From assembly GCA_038998625.1 (NCBI GenBank), contig JAWADS010000001.1, forward strand, positions 1-64,000: a DNA stretch of 64,000 bases, written 5' to 3'. Below, in pieces: positions 21,570 to 31,593 of this stretch (position 1 is the stretch's first letter; each line of letters starts with the position of its first letter). This DNA is from Candidatus Aenigmatarchaeota archaeon. GTDB lineage: Archaea > Aenigmatarchaeota > Aenigmatarchaeia > CG10238-14 > SCSR01. Under the pieces are notes generated by a model that searched no databases, was not told the origin of the DNA, and saw only the letters and a list, made by a program, of their open reading frames with translations. A program made the position numbers and the translations under genes.

Positions 21570-22391
21570 ATGAATGTTGGGCAGTTTTTTATTTTGGCTC
21601 TATTTTTAACTTTTTTAGTTTTTATTTTACCTGTTATTTTAACCGAGTTCGGGGTTTTGTCGCCTAATATTGTTTCTCTTTTTGAACGAGTTAAAGATAT
21701 TTTGATTGTTAAAATATTAGGTTATTCGCCAGAGGCTGCGAGGTTCCCAGATGTGATTTTTACTATAATTCTTCCATTTGGTATAGCTCTAGCTGTTATA
21801 TTAATTTTCTTAGATTTCATGCAGAAAAACATCTTTCCTAATGTTTCTCCATCTCTCTTCTTTTTCCTAGGATGGTTTATTTCCTTAATTGCTACAAGAT
21901 TTTTTGGCCCTATCATATCAGGTATTTATGCAGGCCTAGGGTTTTATGCAACAGTTGCATTTGGAGCTATATTGATAATAACAATAGCTATAGCATTTAA
22001 ATTAACTGGTGCTGGCCTGATGGGGCTTTTTGTTGCAGGTATAATTGGTGTAATTTTTTCTTTTGGTGGTTTATGGTTTATGGAATATTTAGGATTAACG
22101 AAAGTTGGTTTTGGGAATATAATTTGGTTAAGTATATTTACAGGTGCTATGGCTGTTGGATTAACATATATGTATGCACGACAAGTGAGAGCTATAGCCC
22201 CACAGGTAATAACAGATATAGATAGAAGGCTTACTGATTTACACAATGCGTATAATGAACTACTTGCGAAAATAAATCCAGAATTGCCAGCTGAGCAACA
22301 GGCGAAATTATATGCTGAACTGGCAAACTTAAGAACAGAAATAGCTGCATTAGAAGAACAAAAAAGAAAGCTTTTAATTGAAACAGCTTAA
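21570..22391 (+). CDS. Uncharacterised membrane protein with C-terminal coiled coil, paralog 6
   Basis: IILPFGIALAVILIFL; architecture and tail resemble 20017..20832. Confidence 0.7.
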   Translation: MNVGQFFILALFLTFLVFILPVILTEFGVLSPNIVSLFERVKDILIVKILGYSPEAARFPDVIFTIILPFGIALAVILIFLDFMQKNIFPNVSPSLFFFLGWFISLIATRFFGPIISGIYAGLGFYATVAFGAILIITIAIAFKLTGAGLMGLFVAGIIGVIFSFGGLWFMEYLGLTKVGFGNIIWLSIFTGAMAVGLTYMYARQVRAIAPQVITDIDRRLTDLHNAYNELLAKINPELPAEQQAKLYAELANLRTEIAALEEQKRKLLIETA

Positions 22392-23023
22392 CCTTCCTTT
22401 TTCACTTTTTGTACAACATCAACTAAGTTTCTTACACTTTCTATTAAAGCTGGTAAAGTTTCTTTGAAAGCTTTTTCTAAACCCGAAACCCTAGAAGATA
22501 TATCATTAAAGCCTTGTGTTACATCTTCCAATTTTGCCACAACATCCTTTTGTTTAATTAAAGCTAGTCCACTCTGAGATAACTCATTTACTTTTTTAGA
22601 CAAATTTTCAACTTTTTCTGTTAATTTAGTGAAGTTCTCATTTATTTTATCAATCTTTTCATTTACTTCATCTATTCTAAATTCAACAATATAATCAATA
22701 TAGTCTTCTAAGGTGTACTCTGAGGCAGAAGAAGGTAAAGATGTTTCAGGTATTTCTAAAGGTTTGTTGGATTTTTCTATTTCTTCATAAGTTGGCAACT
22801 CTTTTTTTTCTTCCTTTTGTGGCGGGGATTGAACATTAACTTTTAAAGCTTCGCTCAAAGCTTTATCTATTTCATCTGCAGAAAAGCCTTCCTTTCTTAA
22901 GGCATCTATTATTTCAGTTTCAAAAAATCCCTTAGAAGCCATCTCTTTAACTCTATCAACAGGAACATAGCCTTTACCAATAATTACAGCTGGCTCTTTT
23001 TTCTTTAAGAAGGGTATTACCAT
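22388..23023 (-). CDS. Hypothetical protein: small N-terminal helical domain, linker, coiled coil
   Basis: PVDRVKEM..G..ETEII.ALRKEGFS..EI; heptad C-terminal half. Confidence 0.7.
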   Translation of the reverse strand: MVIPFLKKKEPAVIIGKGYVPVDRVKEMASKGFFETEIIDALRKEGFSADEIDKALSEALKVNVQSPPQKEEKKELPTYEEIEKSNKPLEIPETSLPSSASEYTLEDYIDYIVEFRIDEVNEKIDKINENFTKLTEKVENLSKKVNELSQSGLALIKQKDVVAKLEDVTQGFNDISSRVSGLEKAFKETLPALIESVRNLVDVVQKVKKEG

Positions 23024-23051
23024 AGTTAATAATTTGTTTTTTAAATTTAAA

Positions 23052-23435
23052 TCAAGTCCCTTTTAATAGGATTTTTTCTTCAAGTTCTTTTAATTCCTCT
23101 TTAGTAACAAATTTTGATTTTACTGGGTTAAACATTTCCACAAATGTTTCTATTACTTTTAACTCAGACTTTGTGGCTGCCTTATCCAAACTTTTCTTTA
23201 GTTTTATAACTTCATTTTCAAATTGGTCTATCCTTTCCGAAATTTTTTTTATCTGTTCTAAAATTTCTGCTGTATTCTCTTTCATATTATCTCTTAATGC
23301 TTTTAAGTTATTGTTAAGAGAATCTATGCTTATTTCTATTGTATCTATTCTTTGCTCTAAAGTTTTAATTCTCCTTGAGTCTTCATTCATTCTTCTAACT
23401 AGTTCATTTGCTAAAACTTTAATATCTTCTACCAC
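23052..23435 (-). CDS. Coiled-coil hypothetical protein
   Basis: Heptad pattern ending EMFNP..FVT; divergent from the ATPase. Confidence 0.7.
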   Translation of the reverse strand: MVEDIKVLANELVRRMNEDSRRIKTLEQRIDTIEISIDSLNNNLKALRDNMKENTAEILEQIKKISERIDQFENEVIKLKKSLDKAATKSELKVIETFVEMFNPVKSKFVTKEELKELEEKILLKGT

Positions 23436-23472
23436 AATTAAAGATTTAGTTTTCTATGAATAAATTTTATTT

Positions 23473-25707
23473 ATGCCAGTAGAATATGAAATTGTTGATA
23501 AGGTTTTAAAGATAAATGCTCGAAATTGGGCGATTTCTTCAAGTATTGAGGATTCAGAAGCTGCGATGGCTGTTGTTATTGATAGGCTTATGGAAGCTAA
23601 AGATATTGAAAAGATAATAATTTCGGATGTTAGAGATAATGAATATGATTACACACAAGTTAAAATTTTAAAAGAAATAGCAGATGCCTATGAAAAGCTT
23701 TTAAGTGTTGAAAATATTTTGAATAAAAATTTTGGTTGTGAACAGCATGCTGCCCAAAGAGTTTCTCAAATAAAATTTTTAATTTTTGAAGTCTTAAGGA
23801 AAGACCCTATTCTTGCTTATGCAAGGGTAAATATGCTAATAACTTTATTATTAAAAAGGATTTTATATCAAAATGAAAAGGAGCAGAGTTGTAGTTATAA
23901 TTATTTAAATAATGTTTTATATCCTATAAAAGAGGCTTTAGAGGCCACAACTTTAATTCAAAGGGTCAGGCCTTATTTAAGATTTTATAGATTTGGTGAT
24001 AGAACTCTTTACAGAGAGATATTTTTCCCCATCGTCAGACCTAGCTTTATGCAAACAAGCTTTAAGATTAAAATTCCCTTTGGCTCAGAGCTTGTTGATA
24101 AATATTACATTCTTGACGATACATTGGTGCAAGTATTTAAAGTTCCTGGAAACGTTAGATATTTGTATCTAATTATTCCACCAGAATTTAGGCTTTCGGA
24201 GGAAGATTATAAAGTTCTTGATTTAGCTAGAAAATATTTAGTGGAGCACAAACCTTTAGAAGAAATTACTGAGCCAGAAAAAACTAGAGAAATTTTTATA
24301 GCCTATGGAAAAGATTTAATAAAAAACATAATTAGAGATTTGGGGTTGAAGGTAAGTGAAAAGATTGATACTTTAGCTTCGATATTGGCTAGATATACTG
24401 CTGGTTTTGGTGTATTAGAGTTATTGTTATCAGATGAAAAAGTTCAAGATGTGGTTATTAATTCACCTATAGGTTCTAATCCTATTTATATTTATCATTC
24501 AGATTTTGAAGAATGCGAAACCAATTTAATCCCTAGTTTGCAAGATGCTGAAAGTTGGGCAACACGTTTTAGATTATATTCTGGTAGACCTTTAGATGAA
24601 GCAAATCCTGTTTTAGACACAGAACTCAATTTACCTTGGGGCAGAGCTAGGGTAGCAGCAATAACAAAGACATTGTCCCCTTATGGTCTAGCTTTTGCTT
24701 TTAGAAGGCATAGAGAAAGGCCATGGACCTTTCCTTTATTTATGAAAGTAAAATATTTTGACCCATTGTTTGCTGGCCTAATGAGCTTTATCATCGACGG
24801 CGGAAGGTCTTTATTAATTGCTGGTGGTCGTAGCTCGGGTAAAACTTCTCTGCTAAACGCTTGTATGCTAGAGATAATGAGAAAGTTCAGAATAATTGTA
24901 CAAGAAGATACTTTAGAGTTAAATGTACCTCTAATGATACAACTTGGTTATAATGTACAAAGATTGAAATCTCGCTCTGTAATTACAAAGGTTGAAATAG
25001 AGCTACCTCCAGATGAAGCTTTAAGGACTGCCCTAAGGCTTGGAGATTCTGCTTTAATTGTGGGTGAAGTAAGGTCTTCGGAAAGCGTTGCTTTGTTTGA
25101 GGCTATGAGGATCGGTGCCTTAGCCCATACAGTTGCAGGAACAATACATGGTGAATCAGCTTATGGAGTTTATGATAGGGTTGTTAATGATTTAGGAGTT
25201 AAGCCCACAAGTTTTAAGGCAATAGATTTAATTGTTTTATCTAATATGTTGCGCTCACCAGATGGATTGCATAGATTCAGAAGGGTTGTTGAGGTTACTG
25301 AATTAAGAAAGAAATGGAAAGAAGATCCTTTAGAAGAGGGAGCTTTTGTTAATTTAATGGAATATTCAGCTAAAGAAGATAGGCTTAAACCAACTGATAT
25401 TTTAATTTATGGTGAATCAGAAATTCTAAATGAAATAGCTAAAAGAGTTAGAGAATGGAAAGGAGCTTGGGATTTGGTCTGGGAAAATATTTTACTAAGA
25501 GCCAAAATTAAACAGGCTATGGTTAATTTTGCAGAAAAATTAAATAGACCAGAAATTTTAGAGGCAGATTGGGTTGTAGATAGCAATGAAGTATTTCATT
25601 TAATTTCCGATCAAGTTTTACAGGAAGTTGGAAGCTTAGATTCAAAGTTGATTTATGAAAGATGGTTAGCTTATTTCAAAGAAAAATTAAAAGCTAGAAT
25701 TAAATAA
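23473..25707 (+). CDS. Type II/IV secretion (type IV pilus assembly) ATPase, VirB11/TadA/ArlI superfamily
   Basis: Walker A GGRSSGKT, Asp box EDTLEL, Walker B LIVGEVR, His box GTIHG; long N-terminal extension. Confidence 0.93.
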   Translation: MPVEYEIVDKVLKINARNWAISSSIEDSEAAMAVVIDRLMEAKDIEKIIISDVRDNEYDYTQVKILKEIADAYEKLLSVENILNKNFGCEQHAAQRVSQIKFLIFEVLRKDPILAYARVNMLITLLLKRILYQNEKEQSCSYNYLNNVLYPIKEALEATTLIQRVRPYLRFYRFGDRTLYREIFFPIVRPSFMQTSFKIKIPFGSELVDKYYILDDTLVQVFKVPGNVRYLYLIIPPEFRLSEEDYKVLDLARKYLVEHKPLEEITEPEKTREIFIAYGKDLIKNIIRDLGLKVSEKIDTLASILARYTAGFGVLELLLSDEKVQDVVINSPIGSNPIYIYHSDFEECETNLIPSLQDAESWATRFRLYSGRPLDEANPVLDTELNLPWGRARVAAITKTLSPYGLAFAFRRHRERPWTFPLFMKVKYFDPLFAGLMSFIIDGGRSLLIAGGRSSGKTSLLNACMLEIMRKFRIIVQEDTLELNVPLMIQLGYNVQRLKSRSVITKVEIELPPDEALRTALRLGDSALIVGEVRSSESVALFEAMRIGALAHTVAGTIHGESAYGVYDRVVNDLGVKPTSFKAIDLIVLSNMLRSPDGLHRFRRVVEVTELRKKWKEDPLEEGAFVNLMEYSAKEDRLKPTDILIYGESEILNEIAKRVREWKGAWDLVWENILLRAKIKQAMVNFAEKLNRPEILEADWVVDSNEVFHLISDQVLQEVGSLDSKLIYERWLAYFKEKLKARIK

Positions 25708-25739
25708 AAATCATTTGATTCAAATCACAAAATATTTTT

Positions 25740-27689
25740 ATGTATGAGAAAGAAAAGAGTCATTTTAGAAAAGAGAAAAAGATATTAATCTACGAAAAAT
25801 TGTGCAGTATTTTTAACAATTTCCCTTCCATTATTCCTAATTATTTTAAAAGGAAATATGATGAAGCAATAATTTTTTCACATATCGATGTTAATTCAAA
25901 TAGTGCTTTTTGGTTAGGAATAACAATACCTATTCTTATATTAGCTATACCTTCCTTGATATTAAGTCTTTTCAATTTATTATCTCCTTCGATTTTTTTG
26001 GCCTTTGTCTTTTCGGCAGCTTATTCTTCATATTATTTCTTAAGCTTTCCTTTGAACTATGCTACTGAATTTAGGTTAAAGGCCACTTCAGAAATGGTTT
26101 TATGTGTAAATTATATGGTAATAAGTCTGAGAATTTCTCCGAATTTAGAAAATGCTATAAAATTTGCCTCTGAAAATTTAAAGAGTGCATTGGGCTACGA
26201 TTTGAGAATGGTTTTGTGGAATGTCTATACAGGAAAATATTATTCTACCCAAGAAGGTTTTGATCATTTTATTAACAAATGGAAAAGGGAAAACGAAGAA
26301 TTTGCAGAAGCCTTAACTCTGTTAAAATCTGCAGTTTTTAAAACTGCTGAAGAAAGGGAAAGGTTTTTATCTAATGCATTAAGAGTGATAATTGACGGAT
26401 CCAAAACAAGGATTAAAAAATACTCAAGAGAATTAAGGGCTCCAATTGGTGCAGTAAATGCTCTTGGCATATTGCTTCCAGCTTTAGGTCTCGTTTTGAT
26501 TTCTGTTTTTGCTTTTTTCCTACCTTTTAAAATTCCAGCCATTTCTTTTGTTTTAGTTTTTAATTTGATTATACCGGTTATAATTTATTCTTTGTTGAAT
26601 AACATCCTTTCTAAAAGACCATTTTCCTTTCCAGTACCAGATATAACAATTCATCCAAAGTTCAAAAAAGAAAAAACAATTTTGAAAGGAATAATTTCTC
26701 TATTACCTTTTATAGCTTTCTTATCTTATTCTATTCTATCTTTAAGCAGATTACAGAAAGGAGATTTTTTAGGAGAATTAATTTATTCTTTGTTAATAAT
26801 ACTCGGCTTAGCTTTTTCTATCATCTTATATGTTTTGTTAATCCATTATCCAAAACTCAAATTAAGGAATGAAATTGAATCTATTGAGTCTGAATTTCCC
26901 GATGCTTTATATCAATTGAGCTTTCAATTAGAAAAAGGATTGCCTATGGAGAGCGCCATTGAATCAATTTTACCTAGAATTAAAACATTACATGTTAAAA
27001 ATTTCCTTAAAAAAATTAGGGAAAATATATTAACTTTAGGGCTTACGTTTGAAAGTGCCATTTTCGATAAAAAGTTGGGCGCTATATACTATTTTCCTTC
27101 TAAACTTTTAGAAAGTATAATGGGCATGGTAGCTAGCATTATGAAAAAAGGTCTAAAAGAAGTATCTAGTTCTATGAGAACTGTATCCAAATATTTATTG
27201 GACACTCAAGATGTAATGGAAAATTTTAGGGATATTTTGAGCGAGTCTGTGGCAGAAATGACCATTCAAAAATATTTACTTTTTCCCATCGTTTCTGCTG
27301 TAATAATTGCAATAATTGCGATGATATTTCAAGTTTTCTTTATTTTAGGAAATCTGTCAGAAAAATTTATTAAGGGATTAGAAGTGCCTACCGATGTAGG
27401 GGAAATAATAAGTGAAGAAATAATGTTCGGGTTTTTAAATCTGTCTAATGTTGTGCCTACTTATCAAATTCAGCTGATTGTCGGGTTTTATTTGATTGAG
27501 ATGATTTTTATTTTATCTTCGACTCAAATTATAATTAGCAGAGGAGATGATGTAATATTAAAAAGCGTAGACTTAATGAAGAGTTTAATTGTTGCCATGA
27601 GCATTTATTCTTTAGCTTCAATCCTATTTTACATAGCTTTTTCTGGTTTAGCTTCTTCTGTCGTCACCAATCTGGGGCAAGTAGGATAG
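25740..27689 (+). CDS. Type IV pilus membrane platform protein (TadC/ArlJ/T2SSF-like, duplicated domain)
   Basis: Two soluble domains (PNLENAI; EFPDALYQL..G.PMESAI) separated by TM blocks; follows the ATPase. Confidence 0.85.
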   Translation: MYEKEKSHFRKEKKILIYEKLCSIFNNFPSIIPNYFKRKYDEAIIFSHIDVNSNSAFWLGITIPILILAIPSLILSLFNLLSPSIFLAFVFSAAYSSYYFLSFPLNYATEFRLKATSEMVLCVNYMVISLRISPNLENAIKFASENLKSALGYDLRMVLWNVYTGKYYSTQEGFDHFINKWKRENEEFAEALTLLKSAVFKTAEERERFLSNALRVIIDGSKTRIKKYSRELRAPIGAVNALGILLPALGLVLISVFAFFLPFKIPAISFVLVFNLIIPVIIYSLLNNILSKRPFSFPVPDITIHPKFKKEKTILKGIISLLPFIAFLSYSILSLSRLQKGDFLGELIYSLLIILGLAFSIILYVLLIHYPKLKLRNEIESIESEFPDALYQLSFQLEKGLPMESAIESILPRIKTLHVKNFLKKIRENILTLGLTFESAIFDKKLGAIYYFPSKLLESIMGMVASIMKKGLKEVSSSMRTVSKYLLDTQDVMENFRDILSESVAEMTIQKYLLFPIVSAVIIAIIAMIFQVFFILGNLSEKFIKGLEVPTDVGEIISEEIMFGFLNLSNVVPTYQIQLIVGFYLIEMIFILSSTQIIISRGDDVILKSVDLMKSLIVAMSIYSLASILFYIAFSGLASSVVTNLGQVG

Positions 27690-27718
27690 TATGGGCAGCA
27701 ATTTTATTTCTTATATTA

Positions 27719-27799
27719 ATGATTGCATTGTTAGTTCTTTTATACTCCTCTAGCTTAGGAATTATTATGGGTTACTTTAAGCAGAGGTTATTTGGATGA
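27719..27799 (+). CDS. Very small hydrophobic ORF, possibly a minor pilin; start uncertain
   Basis: Frame reads ASRIVWAAILFLILMIALLVLLYSSSLGIIMGYFKQRLFG*. The stop overlaps the next ATG (ATGA). The first in-frame ATG is at 27719. Confidence 0.4.
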   Translation: MIALLVLLYSSSLGIIMGYFKQRLFG

Positions 27800-27990
27800 C
27801 TTTAGCTACTGAACAAATTTTTTTAGCCATAATTTTCATTTTGGCAATAATTCTTGCAATTATTTTTATTGTTTTAATGAACCCAACTATAAGAATGATG
27901 ATTTTAGGTTTACCTAAGACCATTTGTGAAAAGATAATACCAAGTTTTATTTTAAATGCTCTGAGATTTCTTCATTTAGCTCCATGTTGA
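27796..27990 (+). CDS. Small pilin-like membrane protein
   Basis: N-terminal TEQ plus hydrophobic helix, two Cys; in the ATPase operon. Confidence 0.55.
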   Translation: MTLATEQIFLAIIFILAIILAIIFIVLMNPTIRMMILGLPKTICEKIIPSFILNALRFLHLAPC

Positions 27991-28027
27991 TTTTACCTTT
28001 TTTTATTTCAAAATCAATTAATTTAAT

Positions 28028-28693
28028 ATGGCTACAGGTTTATCTTGGTCTGTTTCGCTTATCTTTGCAATTATCATTGGAATATTGATTGTTTTATTAA
28101 TTTTTGGCGTGGGGAGTGCACTAATTCCGGCTATTGCCGATAGAGCTATGAGCTTTGTGTGTAATTTTCCCATCATGGATGTTACTATTTGTAAAGCTTA
28201 TGCTGAGAAAAGAACTGTGGAAGTTTGTTTTGAAAAAGAAGGGTGGGGCCAATTACAAGAAGGAATAAGGGAAGAGAGAAAAATAACTTTAACTTTTATT
28301 GCTAGACCATTTGAGCTAATTCCAATTTATAAATGCTCGGAAAGTCATCAAGCCGTTATTAAAGGAGACCCACCAATACTTTCTTGTAATGTATTAATCT
28401 CAAATTCTATAAAAAAGCAATTTCGTATAGATGTAAAAGTTCCTGTTGAAGTGGTACGCCCCCCACAGACCGATATTCTAATTATTAAACCAAAAGATGA
28501 CCCAACAATAACAATTTGGAAAGCTAATGTGAAATATTCAATCGGGGATAGCTCTTGTGGTGTAACTATAGGAGATTCATCCTCACCCGAAAAGCTGACA
28601 AAAGGCGAGAGCATTACTTATGATGGTTTAAGAGTAACCCTTAAAGATTACGGAATAGGGGGTTTCATTTTTGAATTGTTTTATTCTAAATAA
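28028..28693 (+). CDS. Pilin-like exported protein
   Basis: MATG|LSW plus hydrophobic helix; Cys-containing beta-rich domain. Confidence 0.55.
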   Translation: MATGLSWSVSLIFAIIIGILIVLLIFGVGSALIPAIADRAMSFVCNFPIMDVTICKAYAEKRTVEVCFEKEGWGQLQEGIREERKITLTFIARPFELIPIYKCSESHQAVIKGDPPILSCNVLISNSIKKQFRIDVKVPVEVVRPPQTDILIIKPKDDPTITIWKANVKYSIGDSSCGVTIGDSSSPEKLTKGESITYDGLRVTLKDYGIGGFIFELFYSK

Positions 28694-28730
28694 ATACTTT
28701 TAAATAAATGTAAAATCAAATTATTATAAA

Positions 28731-29132
28731 ATGGTTTTAAATAAAAAAGGTTTATCAACTTTAACTATTGTAGTAATAGCTCTTATAATTGCAATCATAT
28801 TAGGTTTTTTAATATTTTCAGGTTCTGCTTTTCAACTAGGGCGTGGAACGAGTATAGGTGCGGGAATAGGTTGTTCTCAAGTTCTTAGAGCTATGTGTGC
28901 AGATTATAAGGAGCAAACTAATGGATTATATGATCCCGGAAGATACCCAACAATACTTCAAGCGCATCTAAAGAATATAGAGGATAATTGTAAAAGGGAA
29001 GAGGTATATTGTGATCCAAGTAAGCCAGGTTGTAGAATTAATTTAAATGATGTAGGAAATGTAATAGTATATTGTTGTGGTTCTGTTGGTGGCGACATAT
29101 CTGTATGTCGGCCTCAAGCGCCTCCACAATAA
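28731..29132 (+). CDS. Type IV pilin-like protein (class III signal peptide), Cys-rich
   Basis: NKKG|LSTLTIVVIALII; eight Cys. Confidence 0.75.
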   Translation: MVLNKKGLSTLTIVVIALIIAIILGFLIFSGSAFQLGRGTSIGAGIGCSQVLRAMCADYKEQTNGLYDPGRYPTILQAHLKNIEDNCKREEVYCDPSKPGCRINLNDVGNVIVYCCGSVGGDISVCRPQAPPQ

Positions 29133-29277
29133 TGAACATGCTATAAGTATAACAGTTCTTCAAGATATTCTGAGATAGATAAAGTATATAGCATATTAGA
29201 ACTTGTTATTGTAGACCAGAATAGCGATCCTTTTTTTAAATTAAAAGCTAAAAATTTGAATAAAATTCTCTATTTTT

Positions 29278-29742
29278 TCACTTTTTTAAAGTTATATTTT
29301 CTGTTCTTTCCAATGTTAATATATAACCTTTAGCTAAAATTTCTAACTTACAATCCTCTTTTCCAACAAATCTTTTTGTCGAGACATTTAATTCAAAACA
29401 ATCCCCGGCTATCAAATTCAGTTTTTCTTTTACTAGGTTTTCATCTATTTTCATTTCTCCTAATTGTTCTATTTTGCATATAAAAGGCATATTACAAGAT
29501 AACTTTTTTATGGGTCTTATTCCTGATAGCCAAAAACTAAAGTTACGATAGAAATTCATATCTGAAAGAAAGGCCAACAAACTGTCGTGGGCATCGGTGA
29601 ATTGCATTTCATTTCTTGTTAAACCAACAATATGGAATTTCAAAAAGAAAAAATTTAAAATTCCAGATAGTAGTATAGCAATGGAAAAAAGTACTAAGGC
29701 AACGGCTAAAGAGATTAAAGACAGGCCTTTTTTCACCATCAA
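29278..29742 (-). CDS. Type IV pilin-like protein
   Basis: VKKG|LSLISLAVALVLF. Confidence 0.7.
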   Translation of the reverse strand: MMVKKGLSLISLAVALVLFSIAILLSGILNFFFLKFHIVGLTRNEMQFTDAHDSLLAFLSDMNFYRNFSFWLSGIRPIKKLSCNMPFICKIEQLGEMKIDENLVKEKLNLIAGDCFELNVSTKRFVGKEDCKLEILAKGYILTLERTENITLKK

Positions 29743-30530
29743 CTCACCTCAAAACTTTGCAAAACTAATCTACCTATTTTGTATCCATCAACTGTAAAAT
29801 CATAAAGAATTACAGGAAAAGCATCCATTGAGTAAGTTGATGAGGAGAAAGATTTAGATAGTTCTTTTTCAAAACAAGTTTTTGTTGTGGCCAAGTCAAA
29901 CACATCTAAGCTTACTCTTTTTCCTTCTCCCACTTCAATAACAATTCCGATGGGTAGGAATCTGAAGAGAGCTTGAAATAAAACATCTGTAATTCTTATA
30001 TTTTGGATAGCACATCTAAAAAAGTTCATAATAGCCCCTTCTGCCAATAAAGCTTCGCCATGACCTCTATAAACCCATTTTTTTCCATCTTCCAAATTTA
30101 GTATTGTAAGTAGATGGGCAGTGTTGGGATATGAATAACTTGCGAATAAGTTATTTTCAGATATTTCATCTAGTTTGGTTATGTTAAAAACCAAATACTC
30201 AGAATACTTTTTTGTAATATCTACATTTGGTTGAATCAAAGAATATTTATTTAATGTCTTAGTGGTATTCTTCACTAAAAACTCCTTTGCTCCGATTAAG
30301 GCTTTACCTAAATTTATATTATGCCTTCTCGCTTCGTTTTCGGTAATGATGGCATGCAAATTCAAATAACGTGCTATATAAAAGTAATAAATCATAACTG
30401 CTAGAAGAATCATTATTAAAATTACAATAACATCAAAAAGTTCAGTAGTAGCTTTTTTATTAATCAAAAAATTTTTAACTTTCAAAATTTTATCCCTCTC
30501 TAATATCAAATTTTTCTCCGGCTTTTTCAA
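29739..30530 (-). CDS. Type IV pilin-like protein
   Basis: NKKA|TTELFDVIVILIMILL. Confidence 0.65.
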   Translation of the reverse strand: MKKPEKNLILERDKILKVKNFLINKKATTELFDVIVILIMILLAVMIYYFYIARYLNLHAIITENEARRHNINLGKALIGAKEFLVKNTTKTLNKYSLIQPNVDITKKYSEYLVFNITKLDEISENNLFASYSYPNTAHLLTILNLEDGKKWVYRGHGEALLAEGAIMNFFRCAIQNIRITDVLFQALFRFLPIGIVIEVGEGKRVSLDVFDLATTKTCFEKELSKSFSSSTYSMDAFPVILYDFTVDGYKIGRLVLQSFEVS

Positions 30531-30897
30531 TTAGGAATGTGCTAACTTTATCTAATTTTTTATCGATTCCGTTAATACCAGCTTTAGCTTTACCAAATTT
30601 TACTGTAGCGCGCAAATCTAATGGGCCCTCCCTTGTTACAATTTCCACTTTATATATTCTGTCTTTTACTTCAAGATTGTAAACTGCAGGAGTTCCATAA
30701 ACAATATATACATTACCAGGAAAAGCGGCGCTAACTGTAACTAATCCAGATAAATCCCTTGCCACGTTTTCTGCAGTATAATGCAAAATAGATAATAAAA
30801 AATCGGTAAAAAATTTAGGAATAGTTATGATTATTATTGCTCCTAATAAACCCATTAAAGCCATAGTCAAAAGGGTTATCGCAGTTAAACCTTTCAT
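30490..30897 (-). CDS. Type IV pilin-like protein
   Basis: MKG|LTAITLLTMALMGLL. Confidence 0.7.
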   Translation of the reverse strand: MKGLTAITLLTMALMGLLGAIIIITIPKFFTDFLLSILHYTAENVARDLSGLVTVSAAFPGNVYIVYGTPAVYNLEVKDRIYKVEIVTREGPLDLRATVKFGKAKAGINGIDKKLDKVSTFLIEKAGEKFDIREG

Positions 30898-30925
30898 ATT
30901 AATAATTTCATTTTTAGGAAATAAA

Positions 30926-31219
30926 TCATCTGACCTTTGCTAAGACTTCACAACTTTCTTTGTTGGGTTCCAAAATTTGTACTTTTTCACATTTTTCTTT
31001 CACATTTATCCACCAATTTGGCTTATTTGCTTCATCAAATAAAAATTTACTCCATTCCTCACAAAAAGTGAAGACATGATTAATACAATCCATTTTGTCT
31101 TTTTTCTTTGCTTCTTCTTCAGCCCAACCTGAAAATGTTATTAAGAGGACTAAAATTAGAATTAAAGTTATTAAAGCGAAAAAAATTATCTTCCAAACTA
31201 AACCTTTTTTTGTATTCAT
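30926..31219 (-). CDS. Type IV pilin-like protein, four Cys
   Basis: TKKG|LVWKIIFFALITLIL. Confidence 0.7.
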   Translation of the reverse strand: MNTKKGLVWKIIFFALITLILILVLLITFSGWAEEEAKKKDKMDCINHVFTFCEEWSKFLFDEANKPNWWINVKEKCEKVQILEPNKESCEVLAKVR

Positions 31220-31230
31220 ATTTTATATTT

Positions 31231-31593
31231 TCATTTTAAAGAAAAAAACCCTGCTATTTCGTTATAGTTACAATATATGGTTGATGCGCCTTCTATAAGT
31301 GTCATTATAAAAACCAGGAAGACAATAATGCCATATAAATTGCTCAAAAATAATCCCCCTACTAATGATACCATTGGTCCAAATCTGGAAAATATTAAGA
31401 TGTCTAGAATAAACAAAGCTATTAAAACAATTGTTGGCTGCAAAGCTAAAAAAATTATTTTGATGCCTAACGGTAAAGTCCAACCAAAAAGCCTCAATAA
31501 AAAGAAAAATGGACCTTCGCTGATAAAACATGCTAAAGGCTGTAAATTGTTTAAAAAATAATTAAACTGTGCTAAGACAGACAAATCAACCAT
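31231..31593 (-). CDS. Hypothetical membrane protein
   Basis: About three TM segments; overlaps the upstream ORF operon-style. Confidence 0.6.
   Translation of the reverse strand: MVDLSVLAQFNYFLNNLQPLACFISEGPFFFLLRLFGWTLPLGIKIIFLALQPTIVLIALFILDILIFSRFGPMVSLVGGLFLSNLYGIIVFLVFIMTLIEGASTIYCNYNEIAGFFSLK

Noticed and set aside
23473..27689. Archaellum operon
   Set aside because: No recognisable archaellin, ArlH, ArlF or ArlG; the pilin-like genes are heterogeneous.
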